A DNA stretch of 63,056 nt, filler included, from Phoronis australis (taxonomy: Eukaryota > Animalia > Phoronida), in assembly GCA_002633005.1 (NCBI GenBank). It is 6 parts of 6 records of this genome, joined end to end, with 100 filler letters (N's around TTAATTAATTAA, not from the genome) between each part and the next. Parts side by side here need not be neighbours in the genome. Positions count along the whole stretch, not along the records: positions 1 to 26,828 come from NMRA01001188.1; 5 more parts are not named here. The stretch is one strand, 5' to 3'. The translations under genes and the position numbers were made by a program. A model generated the notes under the pieces. That model ran no database searches and was not told the origin of the DNA. It worked only from the letters and a program-made list of their open reading frames with translations. Each line of letters opens with the position of its first letter. Position 1 is the first letter of the stretch. This document shows, piece by piece, positions 1 through 12,480 of the stretch.

Positions 1-3000
1 CCCCCGTAGATCCGCCACTGTTAGCGTGTAAGTTAATGCAGAAACAGCGGCAAATTACTACTGGAATAAATCAGAGCAGATTCTGAAAACTGATCGGCGG
101 GGGAAGCGGCCCAAACTCCCGTGGTCGGCTTCGTCTACTTGCCTCCTCTCCGTGAAACCCGATCAATTACCTGTAGCTGTACTGGTCCCTTTGGGAATTG
201 CCTGCGCAAATTCCATGATCTAACCAATTACCAATTTTAAAAGTGTGCACTGCGTGTGCAATTAACTCTAACAGTGTGTTGCTAAGTCATGGGTCCAATT
301 TGTCACGGTTATTGCTGATAACCTGCTCGTGTAGTTATTTACGTGTTTTAAAATATATTTACAAAAATTGACTGATCCGTAGACTTATATTGCAACAATT
401 TTATTATGGTTGAATGAAGTTTGGTACAAGCAGAATTTCGATAAAATCACAAGTTGATTTTTGTCATCTGAAACAATTCTCTAAGAAATTCATATTTTGG
501 TGAATTTTGACGAAGCAAGATGAAATCCCAGCTGTGAATATTTAGCCGCTCCTGGTGGAAAGCCACTAGGAAATTCTTGTGATTTGAAAAATATTTTATG
601 ACTGTTCCTCCTACGATGAAAGAACACTATTTTAAAAATAACAGTAGAATAAAATATACAATTAATGATTTCAAATCTCTGTGTGTTTCTTCTCCATCTA
701 CCGTCGTTGCTCTGAGATTTTGGGGACCTTTAATTTGTCATTGTTGCAGCATATGACTACGCACTTTTTTAAAATGCGTGCTCAGAGAAACAAGCTTAAT
801 TTTAGTGCGCATCTTATGTTTAGTTGACAATATTTTGAAAATAGGTCGGATTTGTGTAATAATTCCTTTATAATGTATTAAAGTGGAAGCAAGCAAATAA
901 AGTAAAAACCAACTAGTACACTTAATTCTTGTCTTATTTTACTCCTGCCTGGGGTGGAGTCTTCAAATTTTGTCATCTTTTTATATATCAATGTAATTTT
1001 GATTATCTAGTCTGATGTTGTTAGAAATACTTCACGGCTGGAGTTTGGGCGAAAGTCGGTGTAAAGACTCGCATGAATTCATCTTAGATTACTACAAAAT
1101 ATTACAAAAATATTAGATAGGATGCTATTTCAAGTATACATCTGAAGTTCAAACAATTAGAATTTCCCTGACGGCAAAACACGGAGAGCGAATTAAGTGA
1201 CTCCGGGATTGTAAACCAGTGGCCAAGAGATTATCGTGCAAGCATAAAATAAATTGCGAGGTGAGACCAAATAATTGAATGTCTGATACATGTACGCGAT
1301 TTCCTACCTTCATAGTGAAATATCTATTTTTATTACAAATTATTGAAGACGCACCATTAGTCCAGTTGACGTTACAGAGACGTGGGATGTGTTTTTGTCA
1401 CTTAGAAATTAATGTGATAGTTTGGATAAATTATCTTAACAAGTCAACCAACTGGTTTTCATGTTCGAAGCTCAAACTAATGATGTACTTTGCATTTTCT
1501 TCCTCAGTGACATTGAGTATGACCCCAGCCTGTCTCGCTACCATATTCGTTTTACCTCAGGGTAAGGGAACTTAAAAAAGCCAGAAAGTTACAATATCTA
1601 TCGCTAGAGTTCACTACAGTTTGTTAACAAATATCTCGCGAGACAACTAATTTCAAAGTATTGGGTATCTTTTTAGATAATATGTGATATCTATGATTGA
1701 GAGCTACCCAATGAGATAAATATAGAAGAGTTGAAGTCACGTGGTTTACGAAGAGCGGAGTGGTCCGCCATCTTGATGATGAACTATGAGTTGAGCTGCC
1801 TGTGTAGTGTAGTCTCTAGGAATCAATATTAACAACACGTTATTTCAAGCTTTAATGTTGGAATCATCAAGTGCAAACTAGGATTTTTAGAAAATCTCCC
1901 AAGAAAATCATTACATGCTTGAGCACAGAATTAAAGAACCTTAAGACTTATCTTTAGTTTTTTAAAGTATAGTATGTAATATCTCAACTTCATGCAATAC
2001 TTGTCGGCCGGCTCATTTGTATCTTTTGTGCTGAATATAGCGGGTTCGCACAGGATAAGAAATTGCGCACATTACTTGTGTATCGAGCTGATTTTAAATG
2101 ATGAACTTATGTTTTACACTTTCAGGGAAAATGAGCATACATCGCCGTCTCTTTTACGGAAGCCCATTTGTAAAATTTCATGTAGATTTGTCAAGGAATT
2201 TTAAAGATACAGAGGTAAACACACTAAGAAGTTAAATTACCGTTATGGGATACAGCAGTCGTGAGATCCGTCTGAAAGTTCTCATCATCCGTAGACAAGT
2301 TTATAGGAAAGCAGTACATCCCAATATTCCCAAAGGTCCCCCAAGAGGTTAATGAAATATACCGACACTGGCAGGGAACACGAAAAACAAACTTTGGCTG
2401 CCCGCCCCAGGGGGCGCCAACGTTGTTGGGCTTGTGGGACCAGAACACATATGGTGAATCAGCAGGACGACAGTCGTCGTCTGCTAGGCAGGAATACATC
2501 CTTTGAGCAATTTGGTGGAGAGGCGGACGCAAAAATATAAAAATGGCTATGAAAATTAGTTGAGCAAAGTACGTCAGATCCACCCGCGAATGGAAAGGCG
2601 TCACTTTATCCCGGCTTAATTTTAGACATCTATTGTAGAAATTCCACGAGAATTCACCAAAGAAGATCCAGATACAAAACGCGTACAGTATAACTCAACT
2701 GAATAGAAGGTAAAGAGGTAATTCAATCACTGAGTCCGAACGAAACTTGTCGTCTGTTATCAGCCTCGTAATGACGTATTTATCAAATCCCAATAAGACT
2801 CTGCAGGGCCGGACTGATGCAGCAGTGGATGGCGGACGCCAAGAAATGAAGGCAATATGTACCACCACAGTCACGTAGGAATGCAAAAATAATTGTGACG
2901 GGGGGGGGGGTCACAAATGAATCTGACTTCGTCAAACTACCCCCCTCTTTCTATCGCCACAACCTCCACCCGGCGCCCTTCCCCCTATCCTGATCTCCTG

Positions 3001-3492
3001 ATGGCGACATATTTGTACGGAGCCCCCCCCCCCACGTCCTCATAGGTGGATTGGGGGTGGGGTGGCAATCCCCGCAGAGATGCAGTTATCAGGAATTAAG
3101 AAACCGTGAACTAACGTTTCACTGAGAATAAAAATGAGCCTATAGGGTCAGTGCACTGACGGGTACCTGAGAGCTGCTTCAAGTAGCTAAGAAATAACAG
3201 TGTCAAAACTCAGATGAACTTATTCTTAGCGCTGCTTAGCTCAGCTATTATTCACTGGAGACAGGCAGCTTAGCTCGTCCCTATCCCTGTGCACTGGCTC
3301 TAAGGTTGTTTTGTTTTGATCTACAGTGTAGTTTCGGGAAAAGTTCATTTTGTTATGGTCATTCTGGAAGGAATTTTTGGAAAAGGTGTGGTCCCGAGGT
3401 CCCTGGTATAGGGCCTTTGAGGCTGTTTCAAAACCCCTTGTTGAAACACCGCCGGTAGTCCAGTTTCTGTCGGGTGGCTGGGAAAAATAATA

Positions 3493-4571
3493 CACAGTGT
3501 GTCCCAAAAATATACACCCTTCAACGCCTGGAGTTCAAATTCCGTTTCCGTGGAGATTTTGTACCTTATTTTTAACGTGGGTGCGTCAGTCATGACGTGC
3601 TCCGTCTTCATAGTATGCACGAGAATGGTAAGCAAACGATTCAGTTTTGAATACTACTGGAATCTAGAAAACATACATTAAGGAAGTGCAAAGACAACAT
3701 TCCCGATGAGTTTAATTTTATTTACTTACGGACATAAATTTCTTTTTCGAACTACGATTTGTGAATTCAAACCACTAATCTAGTTTCAAAGTCGATGTCA
3801 GCATTCCCGTGCTGGCATTATGGCGTTTTGTCCATGCCCATCTTGCAGAGGCTTATTCACATCATAATAAATGACATTATTCGCAATCCTCCTCTTGTTT
3901 TACTCTGCAACATAGCTCGTGGCTTACCCCGGGCAAAATAGATTACGATAAATAAAATTTAACTTGTTAAATGCATTTGTCGTCATTATTTTGACATTTG
4001 TCTCTTTATTTTGATACCAACCCTTAGGGTTTATTTTGCATTACTCATCTCTATTTATAGCCTCAAGGGCCTACTTTTGTATTCATACATTTCTCTATGC
4101 GACACCTGATTGGTCGCCCATATTTCCTTTGTTCAGTTCAACGCGGTCTCTCTCATTCAGCCATGCACCTACCTCGTCGTCTACAAGACCTACGTTCGTT
4201 CTCTGCATTTTTTCCCCACCCCCCATCCCGGGTGTCGGTTCCACTTTCTCTATTCTCATATACATTTCCTGTTAGATGTTTTCAATTTTTGTGTTCATGT
4301 TCTGTACTTTTCCTTTAAGCCCTTCAGGCAGTTCTTTTGTTATGTTCCCTATTTCAGGGCTATTCATTGTACACGCCGGTGAGCGTTTTGTCCATGCCCA
4401 TCTTGCAGAGTCTTAGTTAGTTTTATCTATTTACGTCATAATAAATGTTATTATTCGCAATCCTACTCTTGTTTTACTCTGCAACATAGCTCGTGGCGTA
4501 CCCCGGGCAAAATAGATTACGATAAACAATTTATTATCATTTGAATTGTGAGAACATCTTGGGACACTTTG
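3493..4571. mobile_element. Tc1/mariner-like non-autonomous element with internal 130-bp direct repeat
   Basis: TA|CACAGTGTGTCCCAAAA ... CTTGGGACACTTTG|TA; direct repeat at 3823-3952 and 4383-4525. Confidence 0.5.
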
Positions 4572-5937
4572 TAGAGCTGTCCGACATGCATGACATCTAC
4601 ACGGTTATCACAAATCGTAGCCCGACAGTCTTTTTGACAGGCACGAATTCCTTACAAACAACTCCTACAGTAACGATCTTCAAAAATGCTGTTCTTCTGC
4701 TATGGGAAAAAGGAAACATTATTTCATAACTAACCATCGGAAATAGTCCTTTTGTGTATATGAATGTAATTTATAGTGGCCTTCGCGTATTTCAAAGTTC
4801 CACCTTTTCGATGGCGGTCTATTTTGGTGTATTTTTCACATTTTGCCTTGGTTTTTCGGGTCGAATGTCTTGATACTCCTGTGTTGTGCGCGAATGTTCG
4901 GTGTTTTTAATGAATTCGAAAAACTTGATCTCAGGTTACTGACATTCGTGAATACTTGGCACTGTGTCATGTCGGAGGTGTGTAGAGGGACAATGGGACG
5001 ATTCTCCCGAATCACCGCACCGACAGAGGGTCCCGTCTACTGACAGGCGAAACATCATTAAGCTTGGGAAAGAGTGACAGTTCATTCCATCGTCGCCGTG
5101 TAAGTGACCTTCATCAACATGAAAGCCGGTTGTACGATTTCACAAAGTAGAGGGAAACGAATCCAACATTGCCTCCTCTCGCCCCTTATGGATTTGTCAA
5201 TAAAAATGCGAATAGGGTGGCCACTTGAATGTCATCAATGGTCCCCTTCAAGGACTAGGCCTCTAAATGTGAAAAAAATTGTATTTTCAAAAATCAGGAA
5301 ATGCACAGCAATTGATGTCATATGTAAGGTCATCAATTTTTCTCAAATGAAAAATTTCAAAAAAACCCGAAAAAATGGAGCGACAGTTGTCTCCGCTGTC
5401 CCTTACCAGAGAGGGACCTCTGGAAAAATATAATTTTGAATGCCCAAAAATGTTTTATTGAATTTAAAAATCCAGTGAATTAATACGCTCAGCAAAAGTT
5501 TCACTTTACAAATTTTCTCGAACTTTCGAAGTACATGTATGAATGATTAAATGTACGTTTCAAGTGCGTTTAGACGACCTATACTGCAAAAACGGAGACC
5601 CTAACAACAATGTCCTGGCTAGGGTCCTCAAAGGGTAAACCGTGCACTGATGCTTGATTGTCAAATGTTCTCTTGAATTTTCCCTCTTATCCGTATTCGC
5701 AGTCTTTCATTGCTCGACTGTCCCCGGCTCCACTCCCATGTCGGTTGCCACGGTTTGACTCTTACGTCTTCAAATTTTTTGAGGGGCACGTGCTCCCTGC
5801 TTCCTACGGCCCTGCAACGTGATGTTCATTTGGATATGCGCGTGCATAAAATAGGAATAACTCCATATAATCTGCCAAGCGTTTGGAGATATAGCAGCAG
5901 ATGCTAGACGGACGGTATTCAGGCGCACTTATATTTT

Positions 5938-5941
<4 letters not shown>

Positions 5942-5972
<31 letters not shown>
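5942..5972. repeat. (TA)n microsatellite
   Basis: Seen directly in the sequence. Confidence 0.95.
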
Positions 5973-5975
<3 letters not shown>

Positions 5976-8748
5976 TATGGATTTGTGACTAACATTCTAC
6001 GTTATGCTCTGAAGAGATGCATTTCGAAATAATCGCACTTCTCTTGATTTCCGTTTTCACCGCACACAATGAACACCGGAACTCCTGTATCAGATTGATC
6101 CAAGTCTCACTTTTTGCTACGTACGTACGAGAAGACACTACTAAAATGTGGTGTTGTGTTCAATCGAATGTATTAATGAAGGTCAAACACTAACTTGACA
6201 TAAAGTATGTGTACCCGTGTGTGTGTGAGCGCGCGCGCGCGTGTGTGTATGCGTGTGTGAGCGAGCGTATCTTCGTAATTGTGCAAATGTGAATGCATAA
6301 CATTAGCAAGTACTTCACCTGGATTTGAACAAATGATGTTCAGCAACCCAAGAAAAGAGTCATTCATTACTTAATACACATGTTTTATTGGCACATGGAG
6401 ATTTGGCGAGGGCAATCTAAGGAAACTGTTGAAGTTGATCTTAATTTACCCCAACAGAGCTTTCAAGACACGCTGGAGGATTTTTAATTCACAGTTTCAC
6501 CACACAGAAAGCCTACAATATATTCATGTTGTAGACTTACAATTAGTCTTTTTGGCTACCCTTAGGGGAAGGCTGAGGACTCCATCTAGACTCACAAAGG
6601 AGGCAGCGACTTATACATTCTTGTCAAATATGTCAATAGATTGTTAGCAATACCTAGGAACCCCTCAACAGAAGTGCCGCGCTGTCCCCTTTAAAAGCAG
6701 GTGTATCCTTTGGTCAGTGCTAGATCCATCCACATGGCCCGGTTTCCACAACTGTTTCAACTTATTTACAATACAATATACAATGCACAACAATTAAACA
6801 GTTCTTCCCTTACTAAAGCACATGAAGTCAAAACACTAGAGTAAAAATATAGTGATGTCACAGCAGCACTTCAAAATGGTACAAAATCTGCATTTTGAAC
6901 AAAAGGCTTACACCTTTTGAGTTCACGAAGTAACCTAAACTTGAAATATATTTGCGTTATCATTGTTTTACAGAATTCACCATCTTCTAATGCCAATATC
7001 ACATGACAATGAGTAAACACACACACATATATACATTATGAACATACTGCAACAGTATAGAACAGAGCTGAAAACCTCCTCACTAAAGCTAGGTCAACAT
7101 TTTACTTACATGAGGGTAAAACTCCAACAGCATGTGAACACTATGAAACATATTCGATCATAAACCAGTGAGTGTTAAATTTATTACAAAGATCAAAATA
7201 GAAAAAGGAAAACTTTAAGAGGCTACAAACACAAGTTCCACACAAGACGTGAGATTTAAATTAATACCGCATACCACTATGCACAGTATTAGGCCTCAAC
7301 TTGTTCCATATTCAGGTGAGCTGACAGATGGTTACTGGTTGAGACCACGACAGGTGCATAAAATGACAAGTGATGATAAGACAACTTGTATAGTTTGGTC
7401 TTGAGCAATACTGAAGTGTCAGTTCATCCCACATTCTAACAACATTGCCTACGGAAAAATTTGAGACCAATTTAATACCATGAAGTAGTCTACATCCAAA
7501 GTTGGATTTTGCAATGAAAGGTGTGTTTATAACCACTTTAAAAACATTAATGACAAAGTTGATATAGCTATTATCAGAAGTGGCACAGTGCAAAATTTTC
7601 CTCAGTTGTTTTCTCATAAGTGTTCACATATCTAACATTGAGACCACAAGTAATTCTCAGACTGGAAGCTTACAAAGTACAAAAAACAAAATATACCCAG
7701 CTCATCACTTCCAGAGTTCACTACACTATGTGCTTCACAAAGTCATATTATCAGGTTTTGTGCCACTTTCCAATGAAGTGTAGGCAGCGATAACATTACA
7801 TACCCTGCTCATTTAATGGCACTACAGTCAGGAACAATCTTGACCCAAAATGAAGCCTTCTTTTCTATGAATGGAGAATAACCAGATATGACAATGATTT
7901 AAATTTTGAAATGTTGTGTTCTTTTATGATTAACAACGTAAAAACAAACATGAAATATTGCACCACATGCACTTGTTAAGCTAAGATCACTTTCCATGCT
8001 GTCAACATTGCCTCTCAATGAAACGTTTAACAATAATTTCAAACAAAAATGGCCAATAAAGCAATAGCACAAACATGCAGAATAGAATTTCGAAAACAAG
8101 GTAAAACAAGTGCCTAATGGACGAGCATAATTTCAGGATAAAATAATGGAACTGATCTGGTGTTGTATCTCTGGGAGGTGACTATTGTGCAGTTGTAAGC
8201 AGACATGACCTTATCATAATGCAGCTATTACACCATATTTGGAACAGCTGTGGTGGGCTCATTAAAGTGGTCACATGAACTTCAGTCAAGTTTCAAAAAG
8301 GTCTCAAGATATTGCAATGCATAGACAAGAAGAGCCAAATGATCTCGAGGATTTTCATTAACTGCCCACCAGCCTTCACCGAATACAGTCTCTGGTTATG
8401 GCGATAATTGTCTGTCTGCATCCAGTCATGTCTTGACACATGTTGAAGGACACACATCAACAATAAAGTGAACGAGATGGTGAATATCCAGGGTACGAAA
8501 ATGAGAGAACATGAAGTCCAGTCTTGAATGGCCCAGTCAGCATACAGACAAAACTTAACACACAAAAAGCAAAATTCCCAGTTTTGTAAAGTATTTCAGT
8601 TTCCAAGACATGGCTTTATCCAGAAGTTCTTTAGCTGCATTTAATGCCAAATATCACTATGTCCTGAAGAATAAATAATCATCTGTCCATAAAGACTGCT
8701 TTGCAAACAGCAGCTTACACCATAGTAGTGAAGAATACTTCATCAGGA

Positions 8749-8762
8749 TCACACCGAGTCAT
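8749..8762 (-). CDS. UBE2W: UBE2W exon 6, coding part (D-DSV-stop)
   Basis: TTTCCAG|AT GAC TCG GTG TGA completes WWYHDDSV*. A long AT-rich probable 3' UTR follows. Confidence 0.9.
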
Positions 8763-9135
8763 CTGGAAATTCAAGAGAAACAAAGGAAGTATGCAAAGAG
8801 TAATGTATCAACAGTAAATACAACCTGTTCAGTCTTTGACAAAGGGACTAAAAAGCCCCACATGCTGGCTTTCACAAACTGTCCAAGCATTTCAATCTGT
8901 TAATTTACAGATTTACAGAAAGCTTATGATGGTCTTTAAAAGTGCATGGCAATAAAGTTCTTTATATTATTACACAATGTAAAATTAAAACAAAACATTT
9001 ACATGTATACGCGCATGTGACCAAGCAGTAGAAATATGTACATAGCAGTTAGATGGTTTTCTCGAAAAGAGTTTACAAGTTCAACACAGAAAACACTATT
9101 CACAAAGCGTTAAAAAGTTTTGATGAAAGAGCACA

Positions 9136-9364
9136 ATTTGAGTGGTATATTTTCTCAACACAACTTACCATGGTACCACCATTTGAGTGGTATATTTTCT
9201 CAACACAACTTACCATGGTACCACCATTTGAGTGGGATATTTTCTCAACACAACTTACCATGGTACCACCATTTGAGTGGGATATTTTCTCAACACAACT
9301 TACCATGGTACCACCATTTGAGTGGTATATTTTCTCAACACAACTTACCATGGTACCACCATTT
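9136..9364. repeat. 45-bp x 5 tandem array containing the UBE2W exon 5 end and 5' splice site
   Basis: Unit ATTTGAGTGG(T/G)ATATTTTCTCAACACAACTTACCATGGTACCACC starts at 9136, 9181, 9226, 9271 and 9316. Confidence 0.97.
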
Positions 9365-9424
9365 TGTCTTTTTTGGATTCTTATTACATGTTTTTACGTA
9401 ATAAACATTGTCTGGAGGTCTTTT
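9349..9424 (-). CDS. UBE2W: UBE2W exon 5 (KRPPDNVYYVKTCNKNPKKTKWWYH-D)
   Basis: 76-nt exon bounded by TTTTCAG and GTAAGT; contains the UBE2W-type C-terminal KWWYH motif. Confidence 0.95.
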
Positions 9425-9527
9425 CTGAAAAGTCACAAAATGGTTAAGTCAGTCTTTCTTACATAATGTCTTTGCCACACATATTTAAACATTTGCAAAG
9501 AGATTTCTGTTGTAAACATAGTAAATA

Positions 9528-9600
9528 TAGCCCAGTGGTAAGAGCACTAGACCAGCAATCTAGAGACTTGTGCTTCCATTAACAGTTAGGGTTCCTGATT
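9528..9600 (+). repeat. Degenerate tRNA-derived (SINE-like) head
   Basis: TAGCCCAGTGGTAAGAGCACTAGAC...TCTAGAG gives an A box and anticodon-like stem; the B box is eroded. Confidence 0.4.
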
Positions 9601-10169
9601 TTCTGTGTTTATTTGATATCAATTTACTAAAATGCTGTATGCCAATTCTTAGCAGAGATTGACCAACTGAAGGAACAGAATGCATGTCAGTGACACCCCC
9701 CAAGAACAAAAAACCCAATACTGCGAGTACAATCAAGAAACACTGTGGCATGGTAATACTAGGACTACAGAATGATACGCCAACATATCACAGATGGCGT
9801 AAGTGAAAGGGACACTGTTCCCATATAAGTAAGATAAAGTATTGCCAATATGAGGAACAACTACATACCAGTCGTGTGAAAGCATTAAATGAAACAAATA
9901 ACATTGATTGCACTCTGCCATTCTGCTATATTTATAATCATGGTAGTCTCCATTCAACATCGAGAAAGGAGTTCTGTCAAACATGTTTTATTACCAGGCG
10001 ACATTAATTTGCAATAGACTTTTGTAAGGTAATGTAGGACCTTATAGACACATCTGTGTAATGATGAAATGTTGAGAACACTGTTGATGTTAACTTGGAA
10101 AAGTACATATTTTGTGTAAGAAGGAAAAATACATTCACAGCAAAGCAATGGTACCAATGATATGAATAA

Positions 10170-11268
10170 TAAGACCAATGCGGAGCCCACAATAGCAGCG
10201 CAAACGGTGTACTTCTATGGGTGTTTACAGTGTGATAAAAATGGCGCAGAATGCGTCAAACCCATCTGAATTGAGAAGGTGGCATCGTCTCTATAATACA
10301 CGACTATTTGCCAATTTTCATGAAAATAAGCCAAGGAACTCCTAAGTAGTAAAGGCGACACAGTCTGAAAGTCAACTTCAGTCACAGCATTCCTATCAGG
10401 AACATGTCTGTAAGTTCTCATAATGATCCTTTACGCAGTATGGCACATGGAAGTGGACGCCAAAAAAATGGATGCAAAAATTACAATAGAGAACACCAGG
10501 TGACACAGAAAACATCAAATCTGTCTAAAAATGGGAAGGCATTGTCAGCTTCTTAACAGAAACCCATTTGCTGAATTTCATGAAAATACATTTACTGAAA
10601 TCCGAAGATACAGAGGTAAACCTAAATAAAACTTTTTGCCACAAAGGGAACAGTGGAATATGAATCAGTTCAACACTCGTTACCATTTGTCAACAGCTCC
10701 TTAGGAATATATCTTTCAAATTTCACAAAGCTCCTTTAAAGGGTTAAGGAGGTTTCGCCGCAGACACGAAAAAATATTGCCATGAGGGGGCATCACAGTT
10801 GTCGGACCCATCCAAAAGTCAACATCAGTCATGGCCTTCTCATCAGCCACACATCTGTAAATAATGATCCTTTGAGTGGTATGGCAGCTAGAGAGGTGGA
10901 CGCCAGAAAATGGACACAAAAATAACTAAAATGGCCACAAGGGGGCGTAAAATCCATCAAATCCATCCGGGAATGAAATGAAGTCACCGCCTCCATATTA
11001 AAAACCTATTTGCTGATTTTCATGAAAAGTCATCAAGGAACTTCAAAGATGCAGAGACAAACGTAAAAAACTAAAATTGCCACTACGGGGTACACAGGTA
11101 TTCGGGTCGGTCTGAAACTCGTCACCTATCATCAGCCACATAGAAACACACCTGCCAAATTTCAATAAGATCCTGAAAGGGTTTCAAAGATACAGCCACG
11201 TATGCTGGACACCTGGACAGAGATGATGGCAATATGCATCCACATATAAATATGTGAGCGCATAAAAA
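10170..11268 (-). mobile_element. Degenerate HINE/DINE-type (Helentron-associated) element
   Basis: 5' hairpin ATGCGCTCACATATTTATATGTGGATGCAT on the minus strand, internal degenerate repeats and an eroded 3' end, all matching the copy at 38527. Confidence 0.7.
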
Positions 11269-11919
11269 TTCACTTGATACAAATGTTCAAGATTAAATCT
11301 CAAAAATACGGTTACAGTTTTCTAAATTATCTTCCTTTTATGCAATCAATGAGTTTTTATGTAATAGAAATGGTAAAAGTTCCATTTTTGACATCCCTTA
11401 TGCACAAGTGCAACATTTGAAAAACAATTCCTAACACCGTTCTGATGAACAGTGAATGGACAAGTATTACTCGAAAGCTTCATGTGAAGCTAATCAGCCA
11501 TTTCTAACTGACATTGCCAAATTTGGACATTTTTCTTTGGTTCTATATAAACTTAATGGCAATGATGTCTAAGAAGTTTTTGTAGAATTTAATCAAGATA
11601 AATTACTGACATTAGTTTATGTACGATGTGGTAGTCGGGCAGTAAGTGGCCTTAGGCGACTTTTTAGACTGAAAAGGAGTTAACAGTGTTATTTAGTCCA
11701 GAATTGGATTGTTTAAAAAGGATAATAAAATCTTGTGAAAGTTGCTTTACTAGTTTTCTGATAAGCAGTTGGAAATAAAAGGTAAACCGTTAAAGGTAAA
11801 ATCCAAATGTTTATTCTGGAATGTTCAATATTTTTTAATAAAATAGAGATAAAGAAAGTACATAAAGAATTATTTGCAGTTTATCTCTAACAATGAAGAA
11901 TCGAATTACGCTGGCTTAC

Positions 11920-12075
11920 CTTTTCTTTCGCACTTGAAAGCATGCTAACAATACTTAGACAAACAGCTTGAACAGAGAGTGCAGGGGACCAGTCCTCTGT
12001 TAATATCGACAGGCATATGTGTCCATTACTATATACATGGGGATGTAATGGTATGTTGTGACCAATGAAGACAAC
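11920..12075 (-). CDS. UBE2W: UBE2W exon 4, catalytic Cys ([52 protein letters not shown])
   Basis: 156-nt exon bounded by CAG and GTAAGC. It has HPH in place of the usual HPN and [14 protein letters not shown], both characteristic of UBE2W. Confidence 0.97.
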
Positions 12076-12189
12076 CTGTGAAATAAATCATGAGACAACT
12101 TACTCTAACAGTTACCAAATATTTTCCTACAAAAACTAAGTGAAGCTTTTCAAACCTTTTACATTTCAAACTGTCTCATTACTAGCTTG

Positions 12190-12281
12190 CAATCCAGACA
12201 CAGACAGATGACCAATCCAGACACAGACAGATGACCAATCCAGACACAGACAGATAACCAATCCAGAGACAAACAGATGAC
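12190..12281. repeat. 23-bp x 4 minisatellite
   Basis: Unit CAATCCAGACACAGACAGATGAC. Confidence 0.9.
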
Positions 12282-12480
12282 TTCAACAAACTACATGATA
12301 TGCATATTTACTATTAAACAAATACAATCATGATGAATCTTTTTTTCAAACATAACCATTTCCATGAACCCTGGAATTTTTTTTTCAGTGCAACTTAGCA
12401 AGAATTTTGTCTAAAATGTCTCCACAATGAAATGTTAAAAATACTGCTGAGTTACCATAAATTGAAACATTAGCTTTTAA

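Noticed and set aside
1560-3000. Possible decayed THAP/transposase coding region
   Set aside because: I could not reconstruct convincing motifs or paired termini by eye.
6217-6262. (GT)n(GC)n tract as a functional Z-DNA element (similar at 47433-47481)
   Set aside because: It is a common compound microsatellite with no contextual evidence of function.
9053-9466. Repetitive ORFs (FEWYIFSTQLTMVPP etc.) and possible CRISPR appearance
   Set aside because: They arise from the 45-bp array. The units are contiguous without unique spacers, and the real coding frame is UBE2W on the minus strand.
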